Notes: generated by a model from the sequence alone, not told the origin. Shown: positions 38,030 to 50,164, counted from the whole stretch's first letter. The stretch is DNA of 63,840 bases, filler included, from Phoronis australis (GCA_002633005.1; 6 parts of 6 records of this genome joined end to end with filler, not necessarily neighbours in it); one strand, 5' to 3'. Numbers and translations: made by a program.

Positions 38030-38670
38030 GTACCAAAAATTGCGGGGAGGCTGTATTTTCACAACAAAGTCTTGTGGGAGTCGTGCGATGTTCAACGGGT
38101 CTCCTAAAGATCCCTAGTGCCGACCTCAACACCTACCGTCTTTCTACCTGCAATAAGCACCACTGCCGGTTTCTATACTGGGAATTTCCGCAGAAACGCC
38201 CACCCGAAGAAACGCCCATACCCATCGGCATTTATTTGATGTTAGTACTTCAGGTTTCAAGCGTTCAGACATTGGGACATTTATTTCGAAAATTGCAAGA
38301 GATGCAAATGGGTCCTGGGATGCATCGTCAAGGTTTGAAGTAGTCCATGATGAACGGATCGAATTTAGTTGCGCACGCTGTAAGTCGTTTGAATGGACTT
38401 GGTTATCTCAGGGGGCTTAGTGCTAACTGAGCTGGGAAACGCGATGTTGACAATGTAGAGGCGTACAAACTCATTGACGCAGCAGTTGACGAAGTGCAAG
38501 CATTGGGAACAAACATCGAAGATGTCTGGGTAGAATGGTTCCAAGAGCAGCAAACCATTGTATCCGATGTACAGATTCCCCGGCAGTCTAGGCAACAGAA
38601 AGATAGGACCAACGTTCCCGGAGAAACACCCAGGTAATAAGTTATTACTATACACAGTTTGTAATAATGT
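38030..38670 (+). pseudogene. Decayed hAT transposase fragment (P52rIPK/THAP12/ZMYM1-like), possibly with a THAP remnant
   Basis: Frame from 38347 reads LGYLRGLSAN*AGKRDVDNVEAYKLIDAAVDEVQALGTNIEDVWVEWF...IPRQSRQQKDRTNVPGETP*. Upstream frameshifted pieces (PKDP, ADLNTYRL..CNKH) resemble THAP. Confidence 0.65.
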
Positions 38671-38860
38671 CGGNCGCCACTGTAAATTAGCCAGGTTGCT
38701 TCACTGTAACCTTGTGTTGTTCGTAGTAGTGATCGTCGGCTATTGCTTAGATTTGGAAGAATCATTTTCATTAGCACGCTGACGCAAGTTAATTTTGAGG
38801 CAAGTTACGTATGATACACCTATCACAGAAAGTTTGGAATAACAAACGTCTAATACTTAC

Positions 38861-38975
38861 ATGGACATTTCCGTGCCTTCTTTTGTATTCCCGCATTTGA
38901 AATGGAACACGCGATTTGATTGGACAATTAAGCGGAAGCGGATATTGAATTGAGTTGCTCGCCATCTATTGAGAA
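38861..38975 (-). promoter_or_regulatory. Candidate promoter and first exon, possibly of the TTK-like gene
   Basis: Minus-strand donor gtaagt at 38860, with clustered motifs: TTCCCGC (E2F-like, 38888), TTTGAA (CHR, 38896), CCAAT (near 38919), CGGAAG (38933) and a CTCF-like cgccatctattg (38960). Confidence 0.35.
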
Positions 38976-41900
38976 AAAGCCCAATTACTGAAAAGGCTCC
39001 GGGGAAGCGGCTAGGTGGCCAGCGCCGGGGACGGCCGCGCCACTCAGGAGTGACATCCGCTCACATGGGTGGGCTTGTGGCTGTCACTGATACTTCTAAA
39101 AGGGGTTCAATCTTACTGAAGTCTGTTTGATGAAAATGCAACCCAAAGGTTGTTTATTAAATTTTAAAGCCTCCGGCGCACCAGAGGGAGCCCCACACTA
39201 CAGTCACAACCTCATGCTACGCCGAACATGGTCCTATAGGCAGTGCACTGAGACCTCGGGGTGGCTGAGGGGACTTTAGCCCCCACTCTTTTCTGTGCTA
39301 CCCCGCCCATGTAAATCCGTTTTATACCATGATGTCAAGAAGTGGCGATCAGCCTAGTATTCCTTGGAATCGGCCGGACGAGGCTGCTGACAGGCCAAGC
39401 ACGCGCGGCCAACTTGCCAGCGGCTACTATGAATCCAATTGCAGCCTGCTGCACACCCAGCAGAATTACATTTTATGACAACATGAAACAAACGTTTTAG
39501 GCTGTAAAAGTGACATTTCTTGTCCAATTTTCAAAAACCTGCTGTTTAACGTCGGTAAGCTCTGACCGCGTGTCAGTGACTGGCATGTGTTTCCGTCACC
39601 GACCCCCGGCATTACCAGCAATTCGTAAACTAGGTCATCCGCCAGGTTCTCTGCGTAAACTAGGTCATCGCTTATGGACCAGTTAGCGCTTCACTCTCCG
39701 CGTGTCTACTGGAGAGAAGCACCCAGGAAGGTTGTTCTACATTTTGTAGCCCCAAATTACCAAAGTTCAAATATATTCCGTTGAAAAGGAAAGACAAAAC
39801 ATATCATTACAGATGTCTGGCCAATATCATGAGTCACTACTCGTAAGCAAATCAAAGCTGTCCTTACTCGTTGCCTTATCTCGCACTACCCGTCAATCGA
39901 CTAGTTTTCAGTTCGCAATGGCAACAATACAATTCTCATAAATTCAACTTGTAATGACCCTTTCAATTTTAAACCATGCCCGAAGTACTCGGAGACAAAT
40001 TATTGTTAGGTACAACGAGGTTTTTTTTCTCTGAAGTGGTTCGTAAACACCTCAGGAGTGACTGAGTTTTCCGCACATGGCCTAGAGCTGAATTCTTAGC
40101 TCCCATACTATGGGCCGGGCCGGTCAAGGGCTAATCCCTGTTGTACGCACTACTTATAGTAAAGCATTGGAATCAAACTGTTATATATAGAGAGAACGTT
40201 TATTAGTATACTGGTGTGAATATTATCAGTGATTTAACCAAAAACTTCGAATTAACTAGACCCACTAATGATAGTCTATGACGATAAACTGATATCAAAA
40301 GGCCAAAATTGGCAATTTTCGGCGACCCCATGTTAAATACAAAATTTTGTCTAATTTTCTTCAAAATTCTACATTTCAATCTTGATTATATGGAAATCTG
40401 TTGGGTCTATCGGCAACTAACCGCACATGAAAGGCTTGGTCGAAAATTATCGTTTTCTCACATGCAGTTTCGGGTTTTTAGCGGCGATTCCACTGATCGA
40501 AGCGACAAAATAAGCCAAAACTTTGGCCATACCATGTTAAACATAAAATTTTTTCCAATTTTGCTGAAACTTGGCCACGTTTTTAACAAAATACTTATCT
40601 ATGTTATGTGCTATCGGCAAATGTGATTGATTCATAAATAAGACCCTCACGCTNNNNNNNNNNNNNNNNNNNNNNNNNNNNNNNNNNNNNNNNNNNNNNN
40701 NNNNNNNNNNNNNNNNNNNNNNNNNNNNNNNNNNNNNNNNNNNNNNNNNNNNNNNNNNNNNNNNNNNNNNNNNNNNNNNNNNNNNNNNNNNNNNNNNNNN
40801 NNNNNNNNNNNNNNNNNNNNNNNNNNNNNNNNNNNNNNNNNNNNNNCAGTTGGGGGCGCGAATATCTGACGGGCAAAATCCTGGCTAATACCCTCCCCTG
40901 GCCCCCCTTACCTCAAAATCCTGGATCCGTCCCTGTCAACAGTCTGACTAGAGGCGAATTACCACTGAGCACGTCTGAGCACGGGCAGCCTGAGACGACG
41001 CGCGGCGCGACAGAGTTCGAGGTACTGACTGACGCCGCAAATCGGTCTAGTAGGCCTAGGCTCACTTGCCCGGAATCATCTCGGCCGCCTGGTCGGTAAC
41101 GTAAAATGCTTTTCCTGACAGACGTTCGCTCGCGAGTGTCACGATCACACATTATTCTGGTAATTTAATATCAATTAATATTCAGATTGATCCGATTAAA
41201 TTTGATTTTATTAGCGCACATACAGGTCCGTTAGGCCTACATGTATATGGTAATCCTCGAGCGATAACCCGGCGTGACGGTGAGCTCCTAAACAGTCGAC
41301 TAAAACTAAATAAAGACGGTTCGTTCGAATTGTTATCTTATCAGGCAATTTTCTAGGGATTTTTCTAGTTTACTTTGTAAAAATTGATGTTAGGAACTTT
41401 TAAATGCATGTCTTTTTGAAGCCGGAGGTGTGAACGTCGGACTGAGTACTGGCGTCCCGTTGGATTCGGCGCGTGTCGGGTCGTTTATGTGCTAAGAATT
41501 GTACGATGACCTTTGGCTTACCTCAAAATCCAACTGCTGACTCAGATTTGGTAATTGTCCCAATTATGTTGCACAAACAGCACTAGAATTAAGCAGAATA
41601 CAATTCAGTGGCGGATTTAGAGAGAGGCCAAGGGGGCCATGCCCCCCCCTAAAACTCTACCATATTACATTTGGCAGTTCGGGGGTGCGAATGTCTGGCA
41701 AAATCCTGGCTAATACTCTNACCTTATTTTTGCTAAAAGTGACATGAAAAAAGGTTGCCTTCGCCTTTAATGTTTAAACTGCTGTAGGGGATTACGTGGA
41801 TTGGGACTAAAACAAGTTAAAAGGATTCTTGTCAAGTCCTGGGATAGAATGCCAAATCCTTAGCACCATCACAGTGCCACTATGTCTGTCCATATACACC

Positions 41901-43109
41901 TGACCCCTATGGACACAATCTTGAATCATTGCCTGCAGTATTGGTTACCTCCTCTCCCTCTTCAAGATGATAATCCTTTCTGGAATTGGGTCCTCCCACA
42001 TAGAAGTGCTTCATCTGTCCATCATTATGCCTATAACCAAACAATGGTACTCGGATCAGTTTGACCCATTAAGCTTGGTAACACTTGACGGAGCATCACC
42101 TTAAATAGGCAGAGGAAATATTGAGTTCAGCAACTAGGACTGGTAGCGGATGAGGGAGGGGCTCAGACCCCAGATCGCGGCGGAATCGTTTTTTTTTTTT
42201 TTAGTCCAACGATAGATTTTCTGAACAGAAGGTCCACATCCCCAGCCCCCGCAACTTTCGGGCAGCCTGTGCACATACAATCGCGCTTTGACCAATTCCC
42301 TGAGGCAACATGTTGGGCCCCCACTTATGGTATCCTAGATCCACCACTGCCTTATTTCTTGATGTTTTCTCCCAGTTTCAACAAGTTCCCTGAGCACTCC
42401 CTTACTAACCATTTCCCAATATCTCCAAAACAACTATTGATGAGAAAAGTAAATCTAGGAATAATATCTGTGCCAGTAACCTTTTTCAATGTTAAAAGGT
42501 CTAGGTGTTGTGGTAAGTGCCTATTGCATTCCCAACTGGTAAGAAGTATTCTTAGTTAATGTGAACTAGCACCTAATGCCAAAGTTGCACAATTAGGCGG
42601 TACATTCCCAACTGACAACTAGGTATGCATCTAACTCTGTTGGGATTGCAATGTTAGTAACCACTTACAACACCTGGACTTTCATGACCGACTTATTTTG
42701 TTTGGGATAAGGTAAAAGAGATGGGCATCAGTGACAACCATTACATGTTTGTGACAATATTCTTTCCCGTGCATTTTAGAGAGTGCGTACTAAAAAGAAT
42801 CAAATCCTTCATTGGAAATTGAACTTTTTCATTGTCTTATCAGCAAAACCTGGTTAGCTACAACTACAAAAAGAGAAATAACTCGCATTGCAATCTGCTG
42901 TTCCTACGGTCCCAGCCACTACTGAGTGATCTGCTTGAACAATAAAATGTAAGCTAATGACATCAAGCTGTTATGTATCACCGGCAGGCGAGGTGTGTAA
43001 TATATGGCCATGGTCCGACACATAATCACAAATGTGGCAAATGGTACGGCATAGCGAAGAACACCAAAGGCTAGCTGGCATGATGAGTCTTGAGTGAAGA
43101 GGACCACCA

Positions 43110-43720
43110 ACTCTGCCCAGCGAATAGACAGTGACCACCCGGTCCGTCTCTAGCTGGCTCCAGTAGAGACAGTGAAGCTCTATATAGCTTTTTGGCAAAT
43201 TATGCCTCACACTGATTAAAACATCACAGTCACATTGTTATTGAGAACTTTTTGCGCACCAGTACCTCAGGGGGCCGTCAATGTCTTTAATTTGTTCAAA
43301 CTCAAACAAACAGTCCTGTAATTAAGCTTTTTCCTCAAGCAGTCCTAGTTGCCCAAATGGGCAACTGGCCATTTTTACACTAGGCACACTTCTGTTTTTA
43401 CCGCGCATGCCAGGAGCAAGTGCAGTGTTAAAATTGGGCATTTGCTGATTTAGGCAACTGAATGAAAGACTGCTCAAAGAAAAAGTTTGATTACAGGAGT
43501 ATTTGTCGAGTTGGAAGTAATTAAAGACATTGACGGCTTCTTAAGGTGCTGTTGCACAAAAGGTACTTATAACAATGTGACTTTGATGTTTTAATCAGTG
43601 TGAGGCAAATTTGCTGGAAAGCTTCCGGCGTATGAAGCTCCTGTTCTGGGGCCAGCTAGATACAGTGGGTGGTAAGCGGTCAGTTGGGGACCATCACATG
43701 ACAGTGACCAAGTGACACTG
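43110..43720. mobile_element. About 600-bp degenerate foldback element centred near 43400
   Basis: tgcctcacactgattaaaacatca pairs with tgatgttttaatcagtgtgaggca, and gccgtcaatgtctttaat with attaaagacattgacggc. Confidence 0.75.
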
Positions 43721-43729
43721 AAAGCATTG

Positions 43730-43833
43730 GTCGGATATAGCAGTCCCTGATTTTGAGAACCAGTTTCACTGAATATCGGGCCCACTATTCAGTGATTGCC
43801 TGGTTCTCAGAATCGGGGAGCGTTATATCCGAC
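43730..43833. repeat. 104-bp imperfect hairpin
   Basis: GTCGGATATA...TGAGAACCAG..TCACTGAATA, a 10-nt loop, then TATTCAGTGA..CTGGTTCTCA...TATATCCGAC. Confidence 0.8.
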
Positions 43834-44019
43834 AGGTGCCGGGATATTTGGCCTTTTGGGTAGAGTTAATGTTAATCAACTGCAAATGACAAGAAACATA
43901 CATCATTTTATTACAGACTGGAGGCAAAAAGAACTTCTCGTTTTCCTGTATCCATTCTACTGTATTAATTACTCCGGTAGACGTCATGCTGATCTTTGCA
44001 GTGAATTTTCGACAGTAGG

Positions 44020-44119
44020 NNNNNNNNNNNNNNNNNNNNNNNNNNNNNNNNNNNNNNNNNNNNTTAATTAATTAANNNNNNNNNNNNNNNNNNNNNNNNN
44101 NNNNNNNNNNNNNNNNNNN
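44020..44119. other. Artificial scaffold spacer
   Basis: 44N-TTAATTAATTAA-44N. Confidence 0.97.
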
Positions 44120-44158
44120 TTTCAGTCCACACTAATTCTGACAGCGGCTACAACTTAC

Positions 44159-44289
44159 CTCGATGTTCGGGTGAATGTGACACGCCTCGGGCACATCCAA
44201 GTTGTAACTAGCCAGACCCTCAAGGGCCTGCATTAGGGAGGTGAGTCGAGCGTGGCTACTGAAGAACACCGGAGGATGGCGATACTTGA
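44159..44289 (-). CDS. Divergent dynein heavy chain, exon 8 of 8 visible
   Basis: Splice sites ttgtag|TCAAG and GAG|gtaagt. Translation VKYRHPPVFF...DVPEACHIHPNIE (compare canonical PEVFGLHPNAE). Confidence 0.8.
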
Positions 44290-44732
44290 CTACAAAGATG
44301 AACAATTATAATACAAGTCAGTACAAGGGTTAAACAATATGAAACAAAAGCATGGTCTACTGTGTCCGTGGCAAGTACCACACAGTTAATGAAAGCCGAC
44401 ACACTGCCGAGGTCACAGTAATTCCAAAAAAAAACTGACAAACTGCCATGAAGTAAACAATGAGAAAACGGTTACTACACAATCTTGGTGAGAAGAAATA
44501 AGAAATCTTTTTACTATTAACATGCCATTTTCTAATAGTAGATGTGATTTCAAATTTAACTACCATAATTATTTAGTTGCTTCACATAAAATTAACTGCC
44601 ATTAACTTACTTTTGGATTTTCAAAGATCCACTACCCCACTACAAATAAGCAATTCTACTGGGTGTTAATTTCAACAACGGCACAGTATACACCAAACCA
44701 ACAATGAAGGGACTTATTAAGACGAGTCCTAC

Positions 44733-44844
44733 CTCTGGGTAGCTCGAAGTCTTTTTTAAGCGCTGTCGGAGAAATCCAGTAGTCTACCATGGAGCTGAGG
44801 CTCATCTGATCATACAGGTCAACCACGTGACTTCCGTAAATTAT
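44733..44844 (-). CDS. Divergent dynein heavy chain, exon 7
   Basis: IIYGSHVVDLYDQMSLSSMVDYWISP (compare YGGRVTDxxD), phase 0-1. Confidence 0.85.
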
Positions 44845-45367
44845 CTGCACAAAGAAATACACCAGTAAATCATAGTTGATCCGTGTGCAAGCCATCTTGA
44901 CCACATTCACTGACTAGAGAGTGTCTACTTGAACTGGCAAAGTTCTTACATCAAGTAATGCAACAGGAATCTGAGTGTTTCATTACTCATTTCTGGCAAA
45001 AGTCAATGGTACGTAATAATAACAATTTCCCAACCAATATTTAATTGGTTTTAAATTGTTCACAGAATTTTGTAACTAATATTCATCAAAACAAAAGATC
45101 ACTGTACAGTAGTTCGTGAACAACTACAAGAGTTGACCTAATGTTGATAGATAGTCCTACAAAAAATCTAAAATGAGGTTCATCACCCAACCATTGCCCG
45201 ACTTAATATCCATAAATCCCGTGATTAATAATGTTTCCTGATTTGCAACCCATGGTCTGGCTACAACCCTGATATCAGTGGCTATACTCCATAGTTCACA
45301 CGAAACACCTCAACTCATTGACAGTTTACTTTGCATGGTTGTGTTAAGAGACCAATTGTGAGCTAAC

Positions 45368-45484
45368 CTCAGACAGTATGAACCTGATGGCAGACCAAGA
45401 GGTGTTTCTGGGCGTGGCCCGCCCTTCCACCGTGGCAGAGGACAGGTTATCTGTGAACTCATTCAGAGCCAGCTGCAGAGATTC
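45368..45484 (-). CDS. Divergent dynein heavy chain, exon 6
   Basis: ESLQLALNEF...TSWSAIRFILSE (compare PWxALRYLxGE), phase 0-0. Confidence 0.85.
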
Positions 45485-45728
45485 CTGAAACCGAGAGTGG
45501 AGGCATGCATTAGATTGTGGAAAAATAATGTTCAGCAATTATTACAAATTTACACAGTAACACGAGGGACTGCATTACGATATGCCGGCACTATTCCTGA
45601 TATCATTTAACCCACAGAAAATATCTTGATTCTTGTGTCATGTCATTAAAGAACTGGTCCAGTTTTGCAAGAAAGAAAGCTTCAATAATGCAAAATTTTT
45701 ATTAATCTCTTTCAAAAATAATACTTAC

Positions 45729-46088
45729 AAAGAACTCGCAGTCCGACACCTTAGCCAGACTGTAGGGAGCATTGAAGCCAGACATTTCGAACCTCGCCCT
45801 CAGCTTGATAGCACCGTGGATGTAACAAAGATTGTGAAGAACGACTGGCCACTCAGAGCGGGAACAAGCACGTAGAGTGTCAGCATCAACCCAGCTGAAT
45901 GAACGGACCAGGTTGTCCTTCATAGCCTGAAATAAGCAGTGATTGAGGCTGAATGAACAGACCAGGTTGTCCTTCATAGCCTGAAATAAGCAGTGATTGA
46001 GGCTGAATGAACGGACCAGGTTGTCCTTCATAGCCTGAAATAAGCAGTGATTGAGGCTGAATGAACGGACCAGGTTGTCCTTCATAGC
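45729..46088 (-). CDS. Divergent dynein heavy chain, exon 5; the 5' boundary could be 45926, 45980, 46034 or 46088
   Basis: AMKDNLVRSFSWVD...LHNLCYIHGAIKLRARFEMSGFNAPY (compare LCFFHAxxQERxKFGxxGWNxPY), donor TTT|gtaagt. Confidence 0.85.
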
Positions 46089-46091
46089 CTG
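45894..46091. repeat. 54-bp tandem repeat, 3.7 copies, spanning an intron/exon junction
   Basis: Unit GCTGAATGAACGGACCAGGTTGTCCTTCATAGCCTGAAATAAGCAGTGATTGAG. Confidence 0.95.
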
Positions 46092-46556
46092 GAGTGAGCA
46101 AATAATTGAAGAAATTGAAAGTATAGCTTGTGGACATTTACAGCTACCATAACACATTTAAAACTGAATTTGGTGGTCTGGACTCATACTTTACTCAGCT
46201 TTGAGAAAAACTGGCAACTTGGAATTCATATGTTGTCATCTCAATATATCAAGAGCCCGTCAGAAAAATCAGTCTTTGTGACCAAACACCAGATGGAGTA
46301 ACTAGTAGATAGTATTACTTAGAAGTGGTGAGGTAAGAATTCATCAAAACACACAAATACTGTCACTCGGATGAGTCAGCCTTGATCACAATACGATAAT
46401 TTCTTAATACAAAATACACTCCACTTCAATGTAAACACAACGCAAAAACAATATATCATAATTAAAAAGAATGATGACGGGAATACGATCATTTCACATG
46501 GTGTTGACAGATCAGGTTCAGTGTAGGATTAGCTAATGTGACTAAACCCTGCTTAC

Positions 46557-46742
46557 TTTAGGGGAGTCCACCACAACTTTAATGGCAGTCTGCAATATCC
46601 TAGTTGGGAGGCAGGGGTCTATTTGGGCCGCTATCCAACATCTGAACTGTGGGTCGACTTGATGCTGTTCAGCCAACAGTGTCTGCAGGCCAGCCAGGAA
46701 CGACGGTACATTGTGACTGTGTTGCAGTAGTACCCAGGAGCC
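46557..46742 (-). CDS. Divergent dynein heavy chain, exon 4 (AAA6 region)
   Basis: GSWVLLQHSHNVPSFL...DPQFRCWI...LPTRILQTAIKVVVDSPK (compare GxWVxLQNCHL...HPxFRLWL...FPxxILQxxxKxxxEPP). This exon is missing from the ORF track as a dynein call but is in frame with both neighbours. Confidence 0.9.
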
Positions 46743-46974
46743 CTGGAACAACCATGACAAAACAACAATGAATGGACGGTGGTCAGGGCTCATTATCTCC
46801 TAATCAGCTCAAGCAAATCTAATTCAGTGTCATTCACTTGCATTATTGAATCCAAAGATAACCTTCATTCTCCTGACACGGTTACAGGGAACTACTTTCA
46901 GTGTCATTGATATCATTTTTTCTCCCATAAATGGAACATAATTACACACTCCAACTAGACGTAAAGTTCTTTAA

Positions 46975-47316
46975 AGAGACATTATTGGTTTTACTGCCGA
47001 AAAGTGCATTTTGGGATCATTGTTGGGTGGGACAGACTTCTTGAAGTTATTGACTTTGAGCAGAGCTTAAAAACAACAAAATCATATTTTTTTTTGTTCT
47101 ATTACAATTCACCATTTCTCAATGATGTCCACCAGACACTCGTTGTAATCAAGGCCAGTGTATTTACCATTCACCATCCTTAAAATACTCTAGCATTTAA
47201 CAACATGGACTTGGCAGAGCAATAAAGCATTCGGCTGCTACAGTGGAGTTAGTGGATTTGATTCTATGCTACTGCTTATTTTTTGAAAACTTATTTTTCT
47301 CGCCGACAATGTCCCT
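46975..47316 (+). mobile_element. Kolobok-like MITE copy 3, in a dynein intron
   Basis: TTAA|AGAGACATTATTGG ... CCGACAATGTCCCT|TCAA. Confidence 0.65.
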
Positions 47317-47349
47317 TCAAGAACTTTCAGTAGATAAACAATCACTAAC

Positions 47350-47566
47350 TTCTGTCATGGCTTTCAAAAGCTGTTTACGAGCGTTCTTTTCTCCAGCGAT
47401 ACTAAACAACGGGACTATGGCGTAATGGCTCTGCTTGCGTTTGGCGAAATCCACAAACAATTTCTCAGCTGTCTCACTCTCGCTTGAGTACATCAGAAGA
47501 ATGGGAACAAGTGGACTGCTCTGGCGCAACATCATGGGGAAGTCGACGGTATTGTCCTGGTTATAT
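47350..47566 (-). CDS. Divergent dynein heavy chain, exon 3
   Basis: YNQDNTVDFPMMLRQSSPLVPILLMYS...LLKAMTE|gttagt, phase 2-0. Confidence 0.85.
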
Positions 47567-48075
47567 CTACAAGTTAAACAAGAAAGACATCAACTTCACA
47601 TTTCAGGTAAACATTAATTTGGATATTCTTTATTTTTCACTCTCGTCATTCTTGCACTCCGGAATATGTGTAGGAAGGTAGGAAAATATTTTTATTTAAT
47701 ATAAATGATGCACACTGTATGGTTATATTAAAAGCAATTGTGTAGCAAAAATATAACTTTCCACAATGTTTTGCATTGCACAAATTATGGTCGCACAAAA
47801 GAGATGGAATAAAGTTATATTGGGACTTATCTGTTCATTTAATCCTCTCATGGTTAGCATTTCTCCAGAATTTCCCACAATCTCCAAAACAATGGCTGTA
47901 TTAACAGCACAGTTGATTTGCAAAAAATATCCCCCTACATATTTTGTTCACTTAACCACAAAAAAAAAACACTGACAGTACTTCACTACAATCTGTCACA
48001 TGACAGTAGCACCAAAATTTTTGTTCTAATACTCTTAGCAAATGCCACATTTCCCCATGAAACAGTTCCACTCAC

Positions 48076-48485
48076 TTCTTGCCCAGCACAGATCCTATAA
48101 AACTAGTTGATGCCTGAATCAATCTATCACTGCGCACGCTACGCAACAAGAGGAGGCGCTGAACAGGTGAGAACTGATCATCCATTTTGTCTGGCAAGGG
48201 CACGTTTTCGGGGGCATCACTCTCGCACAAGTTCCGCCATTGCGTCTCTCGACCGTCTTTGCTTAGACGGTCAAACATGTCCTGGAACCACTCGAAGTGG
48301 ATAGCCAGCATTTGCAGGTTGTGGAATGTGTCATCAGTCATCCAATCAAATGGCTTCTTTTGCGCCATAATCTTTGTTTCATCTCCCTTAGGAGCTCCGA
48401 CGGCAGTCATAACAATGGCGCCATACTGAGGCGATATCAGACACTCCCGGTCGCCAGGCCCCACATGACCAAGGCTATCCTCAAT
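48076..48485 (-). CDS. Divergent dynein heavy chain, exon 2
   Basis: IEDSLG...PFDWMTDDTFHNL...PENVPLP...QRLLLLRSVRSDRL...SVLGK, phase 0-2. Confidence 0.9.
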
Positions 48486-48959
48486 CTGGAAAAACGAAAT
48501 TAGTAAACCTACGCATGGCAACTGATGTGGTAAAATCCATAAATAACTATTCTAAATAACGCTATTTAAGCGTCTGAAGTCAAGCCCCACTGGAGCGATT
48601 AACTTCTTCTTTAAAAGAATACAAAGTCATGATCATGATTTTTTATAATTTCGCAATTTCCTGAAACTTTTAAGCACTGAAATTCTTTCAGAATTGACAA
48701 TAAGTTATTTGTTACTTTAGTAATTAAAATAACATGCCAGAAAAATCAAGAATCTAAGCCTGCTTAATGAAAACTCAACCTTTAATCCTCTTAAAGTTTG
48801 ATAACTGCATGATGCTATAAGCATTGCTTGACAAAGGGAACATGTAATAAAAGGACTCTTTTGAAAGTGACCGTCACCAATGATACACTGCGTTGAATTT
48901 CCTAGAGAGATCATTGACAGCACAAAGTAACCATAATTGTTAACACTATGTCAAGTTAC

Positions 48960-49071
48960 CTCGAGGGCTAACAGCACCGCATAAATCAGCTTATCCTTCT
49001 CCAGTAGAGAGCGTGAAGTGGTTAGATAGGAGCTGTACGTCAGTCGCTCAACCACTGCTTTCACAGCCGCT
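48960..49071 (-). CDS. Divergent dynein heavy chain, first visible exon
   Basis: AAVKAVVERLTYSSYLTTSRSLLEKDKLIYAVLLALE (compare LTxxxYxxxCRSLFEKDKLLF). Confidence 0.85.
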
Positions 49072-49495
49072 CTGCAACACAGGTAGATTATAACAACAGC
49101 TGCATTTGACTATCTCATTCTGGGCTAGGGTATTCAAAATCCATAGGGGGTAATAAAACAATTACCTTCTCAGGCAGGACCATAAACCCTTTGTTAGCTG
49201 AGTTTAGTTGCACAGTCCAACTGAAACAGCTGTATGACTAAGAGCACAATTCAAGAACCAGCTTTCACTGACCTTGCATGTCAATTTCAAAAGGTCTATT
49301 GTGTTTGAATGACACCAGGTGATTTTCAACCATCGACCCCTCTAAGCCCAAAATGCAGGTGAACACTCAAAGTGAATGCGTTGATTTTTCCATATTCTGC
49401 CTCATTTTCAAGAAAGTATTAAGCAAAGAATAACAGCATTTTCCAAAATAACATTGTCAAGTCGTCTTCCACGACACTTCTTCTCAAAATAACTA

Positions 49496-49566
49496 CCGTA
49501 ATCGTTCGGGTTAACGCCCATGCTCAGTTAACCGCCCACCCCTACTTTAGGTGGATTTTCGATTTA
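49496..49566. mobile_element. End of a second copy of the pogo/Tc2-like element, cut by the scaffold end
   Basis: TA|CCGTAATCGTTCGGGTTAACGCCC..., the reverse complement of about 34735-34803. Confidence 0.85.
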
Positions 49567-49666
49567 NNNNNNNNNNNNNNNNNNNNNNNNNNNNNNNNNN
49601 NNNNNNNNNNTTAATTAATTAANNNNNNNNNNNNNNNNNNNNNNNNNNNNNNNNNNNNNNNNNNNN
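49567..49666. other. Artificial scaffold spacer
   Basis: 44N-TTAATTAATTAA-44N. Confidence 0.97.
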
Positions 49667-50164
49667 TGCAAGAGACGTTTTCATTTCCTACTATAAAGCG
49701 TAAATAATGAAACTGAAAAAGCCAAGTGAAAAGAGTGAAGCCATTGTTAATTCAGATTTATTTATTTTCATAATAAGGAATCGATAATGACGTGAATTTC
49801 TGCACAGTTTGTTGATAATATAACAATATAAACAGCTACCTCACCACAGTTCCGACCGCAAACGCAACTCGCAAAATAACTTTTACTTTCGCGACACCTA
49901 GCGACCTAGTAACGTATTACCGGATGTAAGCATGCGCAGAACCAACTTCCTGGTTAAAAATTGCCAGCTGACAGCCAATGAAATCCATCGTTCTAGTATC
50001 CTGTACCTGGGCCTTCACAAGTTATCCGTGACATCATCTTGTGAGGCCCGGGAACCAGGTTAGGGAACAGCCAGCAGAGCTCAGGCCAAACTTGTTGGTC
50101 CTGCAAGTCAGGGCTTGTTCTGTGCTCGCTCAGATCGAGTCAAGCTTGTGTACACTGGTTCAAG

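Noticed and set aside
45894-46091. CRISPR-like reading of the 54-bp repeats (and of the 21-bp repeats at 17921)
   Set aside because: Units are contiguous with no unique spacers, there are no cas genes, and the context is spliced eukaryotic DNA.
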